A DNA stretch of 64,000 bases from an uncultured Pseudobdellovibrionaceae bacterium. Lineage in GTDB: Bacteria; Bdellovibrionota; Bdellovibrionia; Bdellovibrionales; UBA1609. Positions 1 to 13,018 of the stretch are shown piece after piece. How positions within the stretch are numbered: the stretch's first letter is position 1; every line of letters begins with the position of its first letter. Where the stretch lies: NCBI GenBank assembly GCA_963803705.1, contig CAWDNU010000004.1, forward strand, positions 576,001 through 640,000, in the 5' to 3' direction. The position numbers and the translations under genes are program-made. Under the pieces are notes generated by a model that searched no databases, had not been told where the DNA came from, and saw only the letters and a list, made by a program, of their open reading frames with translations.

Positions 1-49
1 CCCTTAACTATAGCCACGAGGTAGATTTTATTATAGAAAACAAAATTAT

Positions 50-1765
50 ATGGCTGTAAAAAACCTACTTAAAGATATTAAGCCTCACTCTAAAGTATTT
101 ATCCTAATTATGATTCTAGGTGTTGTCGCAGGTATTTCTAAATCTGCCCCGGCTATGTTTATTCAACAGCTCGGTGAAATCTGGCAGAATAAACCCTTTG
201 ATGAAACCAAGTCTTTACAACTTCCTTTTTTAATAGCCATCAGCTTAATCATCAGCAATATGTCTCGCTATGTCGTCACCACCAATATGCGACTTATTTC
301 TGAAAGGCTGTGCCTAAACTTAAGACTTAGACTGCTGGATAAGTATTTGTATTCATCCTTAGATTTATTAAGCCTAGAGAGCTCGGGTCGTGGTGGTTTA
401 ATGAGCCGAATGTTACAAGACATCTCAATTATACAAGCCGGCTATAGCCGTATTGCTGATATTATTAAAGAGCCCGTCGTCTTTGTTGTAACGCTCGTTT
501 ACATCATATACATAAACACTTTTCTTTCTATGATTCTGTTATGTTCAATGCCACTTATATTTTTTGTAATTTCTAGATTTGTTAAATCTTTAAAAAAACA
601 TAGTGCTAAAAACTTAATATCTCTGGGGACTTTGGCTCAGACTTTAAAAGAAAGTTTAGATGGGTCAAAAATTATTAGATCGTTTAATTTAGAAAAAAAA
701 ATGCGTGGCGATTTTGAAAGACAAATCAACAACTACTTTGCCACAAAAAAGAAAATCATCCAAAGAGAAGAGCTTTCCGGTCCTGTGTCTGAAATGCTTA
801 TCACTTTTTCTTTTGCCACTGTTTTGATTTTAATAGGACAGCTGATCTCTGAGAACCAAATGAACATGCCAGATTTTATTGGCTATGTGGTCGCTGTTGG
901 CTTTTGCACAGACGCCGGTAAAAAGATGCAGGACGCTTTTATGCGCGTACAACAGTCTTTAGTCGCCCGCCAACGCTTAGAAGACCTTTTAGTCCAAGTG
1001 GACACAATTCTAGAACCTGTAAATCCAAAACCTTTTCCGAAAGACTGGGATTACGTCCAATTTAAAAATGTAAGTTATAAAATTGCTGACACTGAGATTT
1101 TAAAAAATATAAGTCTTAAAATTAAGCGCGGTGAACAAGTGGCACTGGTTGGCCATAGTGGATCTGGAAAAACAACTTTAATCAACTTGCTTGAGCGCTT
1201 TATCGATCCTACATCAGGTTCAATTAAAATTGGCAAAACAGATATTCGTGATATCAAAATTTCTGAACTCAGGGATAATATTGCACTCGTTTCCCAAGAT
1301 GTCTTTCTATTCAATGACTCTATCAAAGAAAATATTTTATCCGGTAACCAAATTCAAAAACTCAGTGAAGATGATTTATTGTTAGCGTCTAAATCGGCCA
1401 ACGCTCATAAATTTATTGAGTCTTTTCCAGAAAAATATGCAACCCAGGTAGGTGATGCCGGTGCCAGACTTAGTGGTGGTGAAAAACAAAGGATCTCAAT
1501 TGCTCGGGCCATCGTAAAAGACAGCCCCATACTACTTTTAGACGAAGCCACAAGCGCCTTAGACAATCAAAGTGAAGCAGAAGTTCAAAAAAGCCTAAAT
1601 GATATGATGCAGAATCGAACCTCGCTAGTTATCGCGCATCGGCTTTCTACAATTCAAAATGTAGATTTGATTTATGTTTTAGATCAGGGGAACGTTGTTC
1701 AGTCTGGTAGCCATGATGACCTTAAACAAGTAACAGGGCTTTACCAAAACCTGCTCAGAATATGA
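50..1765 (+). CDS. MsbA-like ABC exporter (fused TMD + ATPase)
   Basis: 571 aa; N-terminal TM domain, Walker A GHSGSGKT, signature LSGGEKQR, Walker B LLLDEATSALD, IAHRLST. Confidence 0.9.
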   Translation: MAVKNLLKDIKPHSKVFILIMILGVVAGISKSAPAMFIQQLGEIWQNKPFDETKSLQLPFLIAISLIISNMSRYVVTTNMRLISERLCLNLRLRLLDKYLYSSLDLLSLESSGRGGLMSRMLQDISIIQAGYSRIADIIKEPVVFVVTLVYIIYINTFLSMILLCSMPLIFFVISRFVKSLKKHSAKNLISLGTLAQTLKESLDGSKIIRSFNLEKKMRGDFERQINNYFATKKKIIQREELSGPVSEMLITFSFATVLILIGQLISENQMNMPDFIGYVVAVGFCTDAGKKMQDAFMRVQQSLVARQRLEDLLVQVDTILEPVNPKPFPKDWDYVQFKNVSYKIADTEILKNISLKIKRGEQVALVGHSGSGKTTLINLLERFIDPTSGSIKIGKTDIRDIKISELRDNIALVSQDVFLFNDSIKENILSGNQIQKLSEDDLLLASKSANAHKFIESFPEKYATQVGDAGARLSGGEKQRISIARAIVKDSPILLLDEATSALDNQSEAEVQKSLNDMMQNRTSLVIAHRLSTIQNVDLIYVLDQGNVVQSGSHDDLKQVTGLYQNLLRI

Positions 1766-1915
1766 TAAATCTTCTAAACTTGATCCCTAAACTTAAGTGC
1801 TTACGAGTTATTACTATTTTAAAAGGGTGTTTTTAGTTGCAAGAAAAACCAGTTGTAGATAGAGTTTTAAGGTTTTTGATGCAAACGTACTTTGAAAAAA
1901 TTAGAGGTTAAGAAT

Positions 1916-3214
1916 ATGAATGTTGCAATAATAGGCACAGGTTATGTAGGTCTACCGACAGGAATTGGTTTAGCTCAATTAGGCCATAAAGTAATATGCG
2001 TTGATAAGGACCAAAAAAAAATCAATGATTTAAATGAAGGCAAAATAACTCTTTTTGAAGACGGATTAGAAGAGCTTTTTATTAAAAATAGAGATGCCAA
2101 AAGAATTAGTTTCACGACCTCAATGCAAGTGGGTATTTTAAATGCAGACATTGTGATGATAGCGGTAGGAACCCCACCCCACCCCGAAACTCAAGAAGCA
2201 GATATGAAGTATATTCATGCTGCAGCTCAAGAGTTGGCACCATTTTTAAGTAAGTACGCGGTGATTGCTAACAAATCTACAGTACCTGTTGGCACTGGCG
2301 ATGAAGTTGAAAAGATTATAAACAAACACAACCCCTCAGCTAATTTTGACGTTGTTTCAATTCCTGAGTTTTTAAGGGAAGGCTTTGCTGTCTATGATTT
2401 TTTTAATCCCGACCGCATAGTTGTTGGCACAAATAATGAGCGAGCTAGACTTGCTATTTTAGAACTTTATAAGGCTTTTGATGGTAAAACTAACTTTTTA
2501 TTTGTGAGTCGTCGTTCAAGCGAAACGATCAAATACGCCTCAAACGCCTTTCTAGCCATTAAAATTCATTATATCAATGAAATGGCCAATTTTTGCGAAA
2601 AAGTTAATGCTAATGTTTTTGAAGTCGCGCAAGGAATGGGATTAGATACTCGTATAGGGCCAAGGTTCTTAAATCCCGGACCTGGATATGGTGGCAGTTG
2701 TTTTCCTAAAGATACCTTGGCAATGGCACACATGGGTCGTAAGAACAATGTTGACCTTAGTTTAGTTGAAACAGCTATTAAGGGGAACGACTTAAGAAAA
2801 GCACAAGTGGCTCAAAAAATTATTAGCTTGTTAGAAAAAACTCAAAATCCTAAAATAGCTGTTCTAGGCCTGGCTTTTAAAAATGGAACAGATGATTGCC
2901 GTGAGAGCCCCGCAATACAAGTCATTGAACATCTTTTAAATAAAAAGCCAGAAATCTTAATAACAGCCTACGATCCACAGGCAAGCGATGCCGCAAAAGT
3001 ATTGCTTGGAGATAAAATAAATTATGCAGAGACAGCTTTTGCAGCACTTAAAAACTCCGACGCAATGGTAATACTGACAGAATGGGATGAGTTTAAAAAC
3101 ATCGATCTTAATGAGGCCAAACCATTGATGCGTTCTGCAAATATTTATGATTTTAGAAATATCATACAGTCAGAAAATGCTAAAAAGTATGGCTATGAGT
3201 ATTATGGTATTTAA
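1916..3214 (+). CDS. ugd: UDP-glucose 6-dehydrogenase
   Basis: IGTGYVG Rossmann motif, KSTVPVGT, PEFLREG, GYGGSCFPKD; ATG at 1916 after AGAGGT preferred over TTG at 1892. Confidence 0.92.
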   Translation: MNVAIIGTGYVGLPTGIGLAQLGHKVICVDKDQKKINDLNEGKITLFEDGLEELFIKNRDAKRISFTTSMQVGILNADIVMIAVGTPPHPETQEADMKYIHAAAQELAPFLSKYAVIANKSTVPVGTGDEVEKIINKHNPSANFDVVSIPEFLREGFAVYDFFNPDRIVVGTNNERARLAILELYKAFDGKTNFLFVSRRSSETIKYASNAFLAIKIHYINEMANFCEKVNANVFEVAQGMGLDTRIGPRFLNPGPGYGGSCFPKDTLAMAHMGRKNNVDLSLVETAIKGNDLRKAQVAQKIISLLEKTQNPKIAVLGLAFKNGTDDCRESPAIQVIEHLLNKKPEILITAYDPQASDAAKVLLGDKINYAETAFAALKNSDAMVILTEWDEFKNIDLNEAKPLMRSANIYDFRNIIQSENAKKYGYEYYGI

Positions 3215-3265
3215 TTTTGATATTTGATAATTTTATTTCAAATATCTTTCGAGTGGAAATACAGG

Positions 3266-5200
3266 ATGTCTGAACCAATTGGTTTAAAACCACAAATATC
3301 AATAATTTTGCCAGTTTATGACTCAGATAAGTACATAGATAAGGCCTTGTCTGCTCTTAAGAATCAAACATTCAGCAACATTGAAATCATTTGCATTAAC
3401 GACGGCTCTAATGACAATTCATTAAATATTCTTGAAGACTACGCCAATAGAGACAGAAGGTTTAAAGTTTATACTCAGCAAAACTCTGGCCCAGCTAAAG
3501 CAAGAAACACAGGTCTTAAGCATGCTATTGGTGAATATATCATGTTCTGCGATAGTGATGATTGGTATGAATCTGAAATGTGTCAGGAAATGATCAACCA
3601 AATTAGTCTTAATGAATCTGATCTTGTAATGTGTAATACAATAACTGGGAAACGTTACAACAATTATTTATTTCCATGGAAGCAAGGTAAATTAAAAGTC
3701 ACATCAAAAATCAAATCCAAAATTAATGTTTTCCTTTGGAATAAGATATTTAAGAACAAGCTTATAAAAGACTTTAATATTAAATTTCCTGACTATCATA
3801 AATCCGATGACAATTGTTTCGTTTACCAATACATGGCTGTATCAAAAAGCATTTATAATTTAAACAAAAAGCTATATAACCATGTCGAAAGAGATGATTC
3901 GATTATGGACAATTACAGAAAAGGGAATATCGCAATTGATGAGGTCCTTGACGGAGTTATAGTTGTCGATATATTCCACGATTTTTTAGTATCAAATAAA
4001 ATACTTGATGAAAATTTTGACTTTTTAAATAATTTATTAGTCCATCAAATTAGATTTTCATGGGAATCTGTTGGTGATGATTGGGTAGAGCAGTATTTAC
4101 AAGTACTAATCCCAATAGTTCAAAGGATAAAAAAATATCTTGGACTTAAGAAATTCAGTGATAAAATTCTTGAAGACATTGAACTACAATCAGATTCATT
4201 AAATGCATTAACCTATACATTAGATATATTTACATTAAACCGAAGGCGACGTTATACCGGACAAATAGAACCTAAACCAATATGGAATTCTGCCAATTGC
4301 ATAGTTATACCCAGTAAGGATGAGCATATTGCTTTATTATCAGTTACCGTTCAGTCGATCATAGATAATTTAAAACCTGAGACATATTGTGACTTGATCG
4401 TTACTCATGAAAACATTACATCAATGAATAAGAATATTTTAAACCAACAAATCAAAAACAAATTTATATCCCTAAGATTTTATAATGTTTCAAGATTATG
4501 CAAGTTTTCAGAATATAAACACTTGTATCAAGATAAAAATCGGTTAGAAAACCACTTACTTTTGTCTGCCCTAGTCTTAAGTCAATACGAACGAATAATC
4601 TTTCTAAGTTACTTTAGTATAATTGACAACGACATCAATAATTTATTTTCAGTAAAATTGGAAAACAAATTAGCAGGGGCAATTTTTGAATCCAGAGGTA
4701 AAAAAGAACCAAAAATAAATGAACAAGATCAAATTGAAAATTCACAAAACTTTTGTTCGGATTTATTAATTTTAGATTTAAACAATAAATTTATTCCCTA
4801 TGGAAATAACTCTTTATTAGATGGAAATGTGAGTAAATTTATAAAACAAAATTTTTACTTAAAGGATGGATTTTGTAATTTAGGTGAAATTCAGACTGAT
4901 GACTACAACAACGAAGTTCCCCAGTCACTGAGAGAAATACGAATGATAACTTACTGTATCCAAACAAAGAGATGGAACATTGTTAGCTTAAAAACAAGGA
5001 TCAATATTATAAGTATTCTGTTAAAAGTCCATTCCATGATTATCTAGTTAATAACAAGATCAACAGAGACACTAAAGAGAAAAAAAAATATATACTTATT
5101 TTTTAAATACCTTAGGTATTTGTTTCTCTCAAAAATATTAACTGGCGATAAAAGAATTAAATATGAGGAAAAAAGAGATTTTTTAGTAAAAATTATTTGA
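3266..5200 (+). CDS. GT2 glycosyltransferase with degenerate GT8-like C-terminal domain; apparent frameshift near the 3' end
   Basis: ISIILPVY, NDGSND, NSGPAKARN, FCDSDD; C-terminal LSVTVQSIIDN resembles the GT8 domain at 7695-8567; a basic tail (KILTGDKRIKYEEK) continues in another frame to TGA at 5198-5200. Confidence 0.75.
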
Positions 5201-5408
5201 AGAATTCAAATAATTGTGTAAATTAAAACCTTAATAATTGCATTTATGACCGGTAGTTCATTATAATGTACTATATAACTTCAATTTGAAGAAATATTTT
5301 AATTCTTAATAGCTCATTAGATTTTTCGATCACATAGAAACTTAATCTTATAATTCAAACTAAAATTGTATTCTAATACTAAAAGAATCAGCAAAAAATG
5401 GAGTACGA

Positions 5409-6396
5409 ATGAATATACTTGTAGTTGGAGGTGCTGGATATATAGGTTCGCACACTGTTAAATTTCTTAAAAGTAAAAAAATTAAATGCATAGTTTTGGA
5501 TAATCTTGTCTATGGTAATAAAGATTTTATAACTGACTGTGAATTCATTCATGCTGATCTTCTAAATAAATCTGCCATTGATATGGTTTTTGAAACTTAC
5601 AAAATTGAATCTGTAATACATTTCGCAGCATTTGCTTATGTAAATGAAAGCGTTAATGACCCACAGAAATATTATAAAAACAATGTTGTAGGCTCTATAA
5701 ACCTACTTGAAGCAATGATAAAAAATGATGTTAAAAAAATTATTTTTTCAAGTAGTTGCGCTACGTATGGTAATCCAAAATACTCACCGATTGACGAAGA
5801 ACATCCACAAGTTCCAATCAACCCTTATGGGCACACAAAAGTTATGGTTGAACGAATTCTTGAAGACTATAGCAAAGCCTACGGATTAAAATATATATCA
5901 TTGCGTTACTTTAACGCCGCAGGTTGTGACTCAGAAGGGAATAATCGGCGAACAACATGAACCCGAAACACATTTAATCCCATTAGTGTTAAGAGCAATC
6001 AAAGGCAACAAAGATGCTTTAGAGATATATGGAACGGACTATAATACAAAAGATGGAACATGTGTTCGGGACTATATTCATGTTGAAGATTTAGCAGCTG
6101 CACACTATTTAGCTATGTGTAAAATTTCCGAATTTACTGGATGTATAAATCTTGGCTCAGGAGTAGAAACCTCTGTCCTAGACATAATAAAAGCAGCTGA
6201 GGAAGTTACTGGACAAAAATGTCCGATAAGCTTCTGCAGCAGAAGGGATGGCGACCCCGATAGACTTTTTTCATCTACTCATTTAGCTAAGAAGATACTC
6301 GGTTGGGAACCGAAATACAAAAATATCAAGGAAATTATTGAGACTGCTTGGGCGTGGGAAAAAAACATAGTTTCAATAATAAATAGACCTTCTTGA
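5409..6396 (+). CDS. galE: UDP-glucose 4-epimerase, split by one frameshift near 5940
   Basis: GGAGYIGSH, FSSSCATYG, YGHTK, LRYFNAAG in 5409..5960; ETHLIP and DGTCVRDYIHVEDLA in overlapping 5926..6396. Confidence 0.88.
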
Positions 6397-6432
6397 ACTT
6401 AGAAAATTCTAAATGGAGTAAAAATACAGAAG

Positions 6433-7584
6433 ATGAACTTAAGTGTGAATCAAAAAACCTCACCTGAGATTTCTATTATTATTCCTGTATATAATACAGA
6501 AAAATATTTGGTAAGATGTCTAGAAAGCATTAAACATCAGACGTTTCGTAGTATTGAAATTATATGTATCGACGACGGTTCAACCGACAGATCTCTGGAG
6601 ATACTGAGAAATTACGCAGACTCTGATAAAAGATTTATAGTATTTCATCAAAATAACTCAGGGCCTGCATCTGCAAGAAATGTTGGATTAGAAAAAGCTC
6701 AGGGAAACTATATAATGTTCTGTGATAGTGACGATAGATACGAAAAGAAGATGTGTGAGACAATGCATAACATACTCAACAGTAATCTAGTTGATATTGG
6801 GATTTGCAATTCAAATGTAATTGTAGAAAATCCAAAGAAAAATAGGAATAAAAAAAATATAAAGAATTTTATTCTAAAACATAAAAAAGGACGAATAAAT
6901 TTGATGATAACAATAGAAAACTAGTAAGCTCAGTGCTTTGGAATAAAATTTTTAAAAAAGATTTAATAAAAAAACACGACATAGACTTTCCTGATGGGTG
7001 TGAATTTGACGATGATTCTTTTGTGAATCAGTACATCGCTTTCAGCTCTAACTACTTTGCTGTAGATGAGAATTTATACAATTATTATATTAGAAGTGGA
7101 TCTGTCATGGCGTTGTTGGATCATAATTCAAAGTTTAAAGAATCAGTAATGTCGATTAGACATACGGTTAAAAAGTTCACTAGGGAAGATCAGATCTTTA
7201 ACAAAATTTTTATCAATGATTTTATAACAAAAAAGATAAATTGGTTTTTACCATGTTTAAAAACAAGAAATAAAATCAGGTTTATAGACTTACTTATAAA
7301 GGAAGTTTTTAAAGAATTGGATAGTGAATTAATCATGTAGCTTTAAAAATATAAAACTCACAAAAATTGGGCCATTCCAGAGATTAAAAGTCTTTTCTAA
7401 TAACAGATTGTTCATGGAAAGAGATAAGTTCTTTAACTTACCATATAAAACAATTATAAAATCAAAGTATAAAAGTTCTATTTATATTTTTGGAGTTCAA
7501 TTTTTAAAAACAAAAAGGTTTAAGTATTATCAATACAGTTATTTCTTAGGTGTAATTGTAAACTGTAAAAATCTCAGGAACTAA
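6433..7584 (+). CDS. GT2 glycosyltransferase, frameshifted (fragments 6433..6924, 6933..7340 and a tail)
   Basis: ISIIIPVYNTEKYL, DDGSTD, FCDSDD, then LWNKIFK and YNYYIR; tail YIFGVQFLKTK...YFLGV ending TAA 7582-7584. Confidence 0.75.
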
Positions 7585-9504
7585 TCGCTCTTAGCTTTTT
7601 CTTCTTATATCTACGTCTTGTTTTGCCGAATGTGAGTTTCGAAAAAATGAAATATATAATTACTTTTAAAATACGATTTTTTCTAACTCTTTTGTCATGC
7701 CTCAAATGATGTGAAAAAAGACATAGCAATATCATGATAGTAGGGGGAATTTTTTGCTGACTCCCAAAATTGATCTCTGAGAAAAACGTTAGAACTATTC
7801 CAAGGTTTATCAGCAGAAGTATAGTGTATAATATGGGGGTTTTTTGAAGATTCGTAAAAATTTTCAAAAGTTTGTACCGGCAAATTCTTGAAAATCCCTG
7901 GCACTTTAAAAGCATGAACTGTAAAATTCCATTTGGAATCTATCAATTTTACTTTGTTATGAAACACAATATTTAATATATCTTGGTCTACTAATTTTGG
8001 TGTACCTACGTTTTTAAGTGTCTCAATTAACACGTGGACAAAATCTGATTTTTTAAACTTTTCCAAATTAAACAGCAAAACACCTGCATTGAAATAATTC
8101 GTGGGTTCTTCAATCTTTAGAACATTTTCAAAATATGCTTTAAAAGATCCTTTCAAGTACGAATGAATTACCCAAGGATCCCTAGCTGCTGCCAAATAGT
8201 TGTCACCTAAATCAGTATCAAATAATTCAATAAGACTACTTCTAACTACTATATCACTATCAAGATATAAAACTCTTGAATAGTTTTGGAAAATTCTAGG
8301 GATAAAAAACCTAAGATAGGTTGCTGATGTAAAGTGAGAATGTGTTTTGAAGAAACTATTGTTTTCATCAGAAAGATATAATTGCATATCAATAAAACGC
8401 AATCTGAAATTTGATTTTTCTTTAATTTGAGACATTAACAGAGACTCGTCATCTTTATTATGATTAAGTACCAATAGAACAACATCATAATTAACCTTTT
8501 CAGACGAACTATCAATAATTGACTGAAGAGTCACTGACAAGTACATTGATAAAGTGTTCATCAGCACTTAAGGCTATAACTACGGCGTTACTATCAAAGG
8601 CTGGCATTATAGCAAATTTAGTCTCAAAAACTGAAACTGGAATGGTACTAATTGCATTTATTTTATCCCAGTCGACCAAATTGTTTATCTCAGTAATTAA
8701 TTCATCGAAAGCGTTTTTTTCAAAATTATTTTTTATAATATTCCACTCTTTTTTGGCCCACAAAATTTTATTCAACTCTATTTCATAAAAATTATGATTT
8801 TCAGAGATGTCTAATACATCTTTAAGCGCGCAAAGCCAGTCTGACAATTTTTGCTGATCCCAATCTGTTCTTTTATGATTAATTCTATACTTATACACAT
8901 TATCCTTTATTAGTTGGACAGCCGGTCGTTCTGAGTAGCACTTCATCAAAAAGACAGCATCTTGACCTCTTATATATGAAGGAAATAATATGTTATTATT
9001 TTTCAGAAATTTGGTTAAAAACAAGTATCTCCAAAAAAAACCATCAGTATTAGGGACATAATCGCCATCATAATATTCTTCTTTTTTGAATTTTTTAGTA
9101 ATAGCAAAATCATAGTTGTTACTATTCTTTATTACTGCGATAAAGTTACCGCCACACAAATCAATTTTTTTTCGATTAGCACTTATCGTAAAGGGTCTTA
9201 AGATTATCTTTTGAAAAATATTCGTCATCAGGGTCAATAAAAGAAATATATTTCCCTTTGGCTAGCATAATTCCACAGTTGCGCGCGGGACCTGAGCCTG
9301 AGTTTTCCTGATTATATATTTTTATTCTTCCGTCTTTAGCTAAAAACTTCTCACATACTTCAGGCTATTGTCGGTTGAACCATCATTTATAATGATAATC
9401 TCGATGTTTTTTAGAGTTTGCACAATTACACTTTTAAGACATTCCTCAATAAATTTCTCAACGTTATAGACTGGTATAATTACTGAAACATCTATCTCTT
9501 GCAT
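7574..9504 (-). CDS. GT2-GT8 fusion glycosyltransferase, frameshifted
   Basis: ATG 9504 MQEIDVSVIIPVYNVEKFI...NDGSTD (GT2); 7695..8567 has ATYLRFFIP, YLDSDIVV, YFNAGVLL, DQDILN, IIHYTSADKPW (GT8); basic tail in frame 7574..7915. Confidence 0.8.
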
Positions 9505-9517
9505 AAAAACCTCTTTA

Positions 9518-11270
9518 CTAATTGATCAATTGAGTTTGATATAAAGACGAATAGATTCCGGTTTTCGACTTGACCAAAGCTCTATGATTGCCCTCTTCAA
9601 CAATTATGTCCGTCATTTATTACTAGAATACTATCTGCATTTTGAACAGTCGAGAGCCTATGTGCAATGATAAAGACTGTTCTATCTTTCATTAAATTAT
9701 GAATAGCCCCTTGAACTACGGCTTCAGACTTATTGTCTAAGGCTGATGTGGCCTCATCTAAAATTACAATTTGCGAATTTTTTATAAAAGCCCTTGCAAT
9801 GGCAAGACGTTGTTTTTGACCACCTGAAAGCATTATGCCTCGTTCGCCAATTTGTGTGTTTAAACCTCGGTCTTGGGATTTTACAAAGTCATCAAGACAA
9901 GCACTTTTCAATGCTTTATAGATTTTTTCGTCGCTGACATTTTTATTGTTCAAAAGAATATTTTCTCTAAAAGTTCCTGCAAATAAAAAGTTATCCTGAA
10001 AGACTATAGCGATGTGTGATCTAAGGTTTTTTAAATTAATATCTTTAATATTAATACCGTCTATTAAGATTTCGCCTTGAACGACGTCATAAAATCTTGG
10101 TAATAAATTTACAAACGTAGTTTTACCACCGCCCGAGTTACCAACGAGTGCTATGGTCTCGCCCACCTTAATATTAACGTTTATATTCTTTTAATACTGG
10201 ACGATCTGTTTAAATATTCAAAACCTACATTTTTATAAATTATATTGTTTTTTATATATTCTAGTTTCAATGAATTTCTTTTATCTGTGACCAACGGAAT
10301 CTTGTCCATTGTGGCGTTGATTCTTTCAATGGCGAGCATAGACATCTGAATGGAGTTGTAATTATTTCCTATGCTTTTAACGGGTGTATACAGCATGAGC
10401 AAGGCCGTTAAAAAGGAAACAAAGCTACCTGGTGAGATTTCATTGTTTAGAATTAAATAGCTGCCCAATCCAAATGACAGTTCCAATTCCAATGGACACG
10501 ATAAAGTGCATTAAAGGTGAAATTATGCCCGTTCGTTGTGTGATTTTAATATTTAAACTAAAAACGGAATCTAGAGATTTTCTAAATTTATGACTTAAGT
10601 GTTCTGATAAGTTATATGAGGTTACAACCCGGTTTCCACTAAAAGCTTCATTATAATGAGTAACTACAGCAGACCCGGTTTGAACTGTTTGACTCATAAG
10701 TTGTTTTAATTTTTTTCTGACTAACGTCAATGGAAATAATGCCAGTAAAAATACGAAAACGGAGACTATAGCTAGCTGCCATGAATTGTAAAAAAGCACT
10801 GCAATTAAAGATAAGGTCGAAATAATACGTGTTAGAAACTGTCTTGCATTTGTAAGTAAGCCATTGCAGGCCATATCAACGTCATTATTGAATCTGTAAA
10901 GAACTTCACCGGATGTAGATCGATCAAAAAATGCTGCATCAAAAGTCATAAGCTTGTTGAACATACTGTGCTTAACATCATTGGTGATTTTACTACCCAC
11001 CCAAGTGTTTAAATAACTAATTGAGTAAATAAGAAATCCTTGGATAAGTGCAAAAGCAATAATTAAGCCTGGTATATATGATACATTGGTTGCAGATTTT
11101 TCGATTAGAATAATATCCATATATGGCTTTAGCGCAAGAGCAATCATTGCATCCATAGATCCAACAGGGACGGATAGAACAGCTGCTAAGGTTGCTCTGA
11201 ACCAATATGGCTTTAAATAAGGCAGTATTGTTTTGATGTTTTTTAGACTGCTACTTTTGACTTTACTCAA
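9518..11270 (-). CDS. Second MsbA-like ABC exporter, frameshifted into three ORF fragments
   Basis: TMD in 10440..11360 and 10181..10492; GNSGGGKT, LSGGQKQR, LDEATSALD in 9597..10166; tail EEGNHRAL...GIYSSLYQTQ ending TAG 9518; TTG at 11270 after AGAGGT. Confidence 0.85.
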
Positions 11271-11301
11271 TAAAACCTCTATTTTCTTCAAACTCTTAAA
11301 A

Positions 11302-12042
11302 CTATAAGCCAACTGAAGGTTTTTTAAATACAAAAACCTTCTCGCCACGAAGCAAACCATATTTAATAACGTCTTCAGACTCAGCGGTTATTTCAGACTC
11401 TAGAACTAATCCACTTTTTTGTAATCTGTCTCGAAAATCTCTACCGTAGTATCTTATGTGATCGTTTTGACCAAAATGAATCCATCTATCTTCATCAGAA
11501 TCAACAGAATTATTTTCATAAGTATTTTCCCAACCTTCAATGATGGGCACCATTGCTATGAGGACACCACCAGGCTTGAGAATACGAGCGATTTCACAAG
11601 ATGCTTTATAGTCATCGACATGCTCAAGGACGTGGCTTGCAACAACACAATTCTGACTGTTAGGAGGTAATTCAATATTTTCTAAATTTAGCTTGAGATC
11701 AGCTGGTTGAAAAAGATCTGCCGTCTTATAATCATTAAATTTTGATCTGAAGTACATTTCAAATATTTTTTCGGGTGCAAAATGTAGCAATGGCTCTAGG
11801 TTAGAGTCAGTAGTCGGTATCTCACCTCTCTCAAAAGCTAAATAAAGCAATCTATGCCGCTCCAAGCTTTTGCAGTTAGGGCATTGAGCATCTAATCTGG
11901 GCGGACGTCCGAAAAAACCAAACCAGCCTTTAAAACCACACATCGGGCATTCTCTTTTTGATATAGGCTTAAGACTGTGTTTTGTGAAATAATCAGTTGA
12001 GCTTTCTTTCGGTTTGGATTTTAAAAAATTAAGTATTTTCAT
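11302..12042 (-). CDS. SAM-dependent methyltransferase with N-terminal CxxC/CxxC
   Basis: CPMCG...CPNCKSLERHR, LLHFAPE, SHVLEHV, RILKPGG, HFGQNDHIRYYG. Confidence 0.8.
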   Translation of the reverse strand: MKILNFLKSKPKESSTDYFTKHSLKPISKRECPMCGFKGWFGFFGRPPRLDAQCPNCKSLERHRLLYLAFERGEIPTTDSNLEPLLHFAPEKIFEMYFRSKFNDYKTADLFQPADLKLNLENIELPPNSQNCVVASHVLEHVDDYKASCEIARILKPGGVLIAMVPIIEGWENTYENNSVDSDEDRWIHFGQNDHIRYYGRDFRDRLQKSGLVLESEITAESEDVIKYGLLRGEKVFVFKKPSVGL

Positions 12043-13018
12043 AATTTCCCTTATTTAAATTCTGTTTGCTAATATTAATTACCTTGTAATTATTAAACCC
12101 ACCTATTTCTCGACCTATTAACTTTTCTAAAAAAGATGCCACACGATATCTAAATTTTTCATGCTTATTTAGTCCTCGACCTTTCTTAATTGGTCCAGAT
12201 TTTTGCAGCAGATGATCCCAATCCATAGATTTAATTCGCTTTAACATTACATTTGGATGAGTGTCTTTAAACAAAGGAACACGATCTAAGGGTCCGTAAT
12301 CCACCAGTTTTTTTGGAACAATTTCAGAGTAATCCGAAGCTCCACCACCCCGTTTAGTTTTTTGCATCATCATGTTTTTTCTATACATGATGTCAGGGGG
12401 ACGGACATGTCCATAGTGAAAGATGCGCGCTTTAAGCTCTATTACTTTTAATTTTTCAGCGTTTTCTTTGTTAAAATAATCTGTGTAATGGCCCTTGTAG
12501 CCATAGATTTTTCTAAAAGACTGGGCGTCATTCCAAGAATGAATGTATTTTTGCTTTCGAACAATTCTAATTTCTTTCCAATAGTGTCCGTGACATCTTT
12601 GCACATGGTTGTAGTCCCCCCAAAAGTGATTGTATTGAAATAAAAAACCTTCAACCTCTGGGACATTGAGGTACTTTTTGCAGTTCTCTAAAATGTCTGG
12701 AATGTCGTTTTCGTGAACCACTTCATCCGACTGCAGATAAAAAAGCCAATCCCCTGAACATGCATCCATGGCAATATCTGTTTGTCTTGCATACTCGGTG
12801 TTTTTTGGGAAAGACTTGGTATCCCAAGGGCTTTGTATGATTTTAATTTTTGGGTCATTTAAAGCAATAACGGACTGTAACGTCGTGTCGTCAGGGTCAT
12901 TGTCACCCATAGCTATTACGAACTCATCCACGAAGGGAAGGACAGACTTCAAGGATTCTAGGAATGGATAAAATAGTTTCGAGGTGTTACGCATAAAAGT
13001 GAAACCACTAATTTTCAT
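12029..13018 (-). CDS. GT2-family glycosyltransferase
   Basis: MKISGFTFMRN, LPFVDEFVI, WLFYLQSDEVVHE, IFHYGHVRPP. Confidence 0.75.
   Translation of the reverse strand: MKISGFTFMRNTSKLFYPFLESLKSVLPFVDEFVIAMGDNDPDDTTLQSVIALNDPKIKIIQSPWDTKSFPKNTEYARQTDIAMDACSGDWLFYLQSDEVVHENDIPDILENCKKYLNVPEVEGFLFQYNHFWGDYNHVQRCHGHYWKEIRIVRKQKYIHSWNDAQSFRKIYGYKGHYTDYFNKENAEKLKVIELKARIFHYGHVRPPDIMYRKNMMMQKTKRGGGASDYSEIVPKKLVDYGPLDRVPLFKDTHPNVMLKRIKSMDWDHLLQKSGPIKKGRGLNKHEKFRYRVASFLEKLIGREIGGFNNYKVINISKQNLNKGNYENT

Noticed and set aside
5409..11270. Phase variation by slippage in galE, glycosyltransferases and the second MsbA-like gene
   Set aside because: Breaks are numerous and not at long G/C tracts or tandem repeats; same pattern as the error-rich ribosomal block. 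Cannot be fully excluded without reads.
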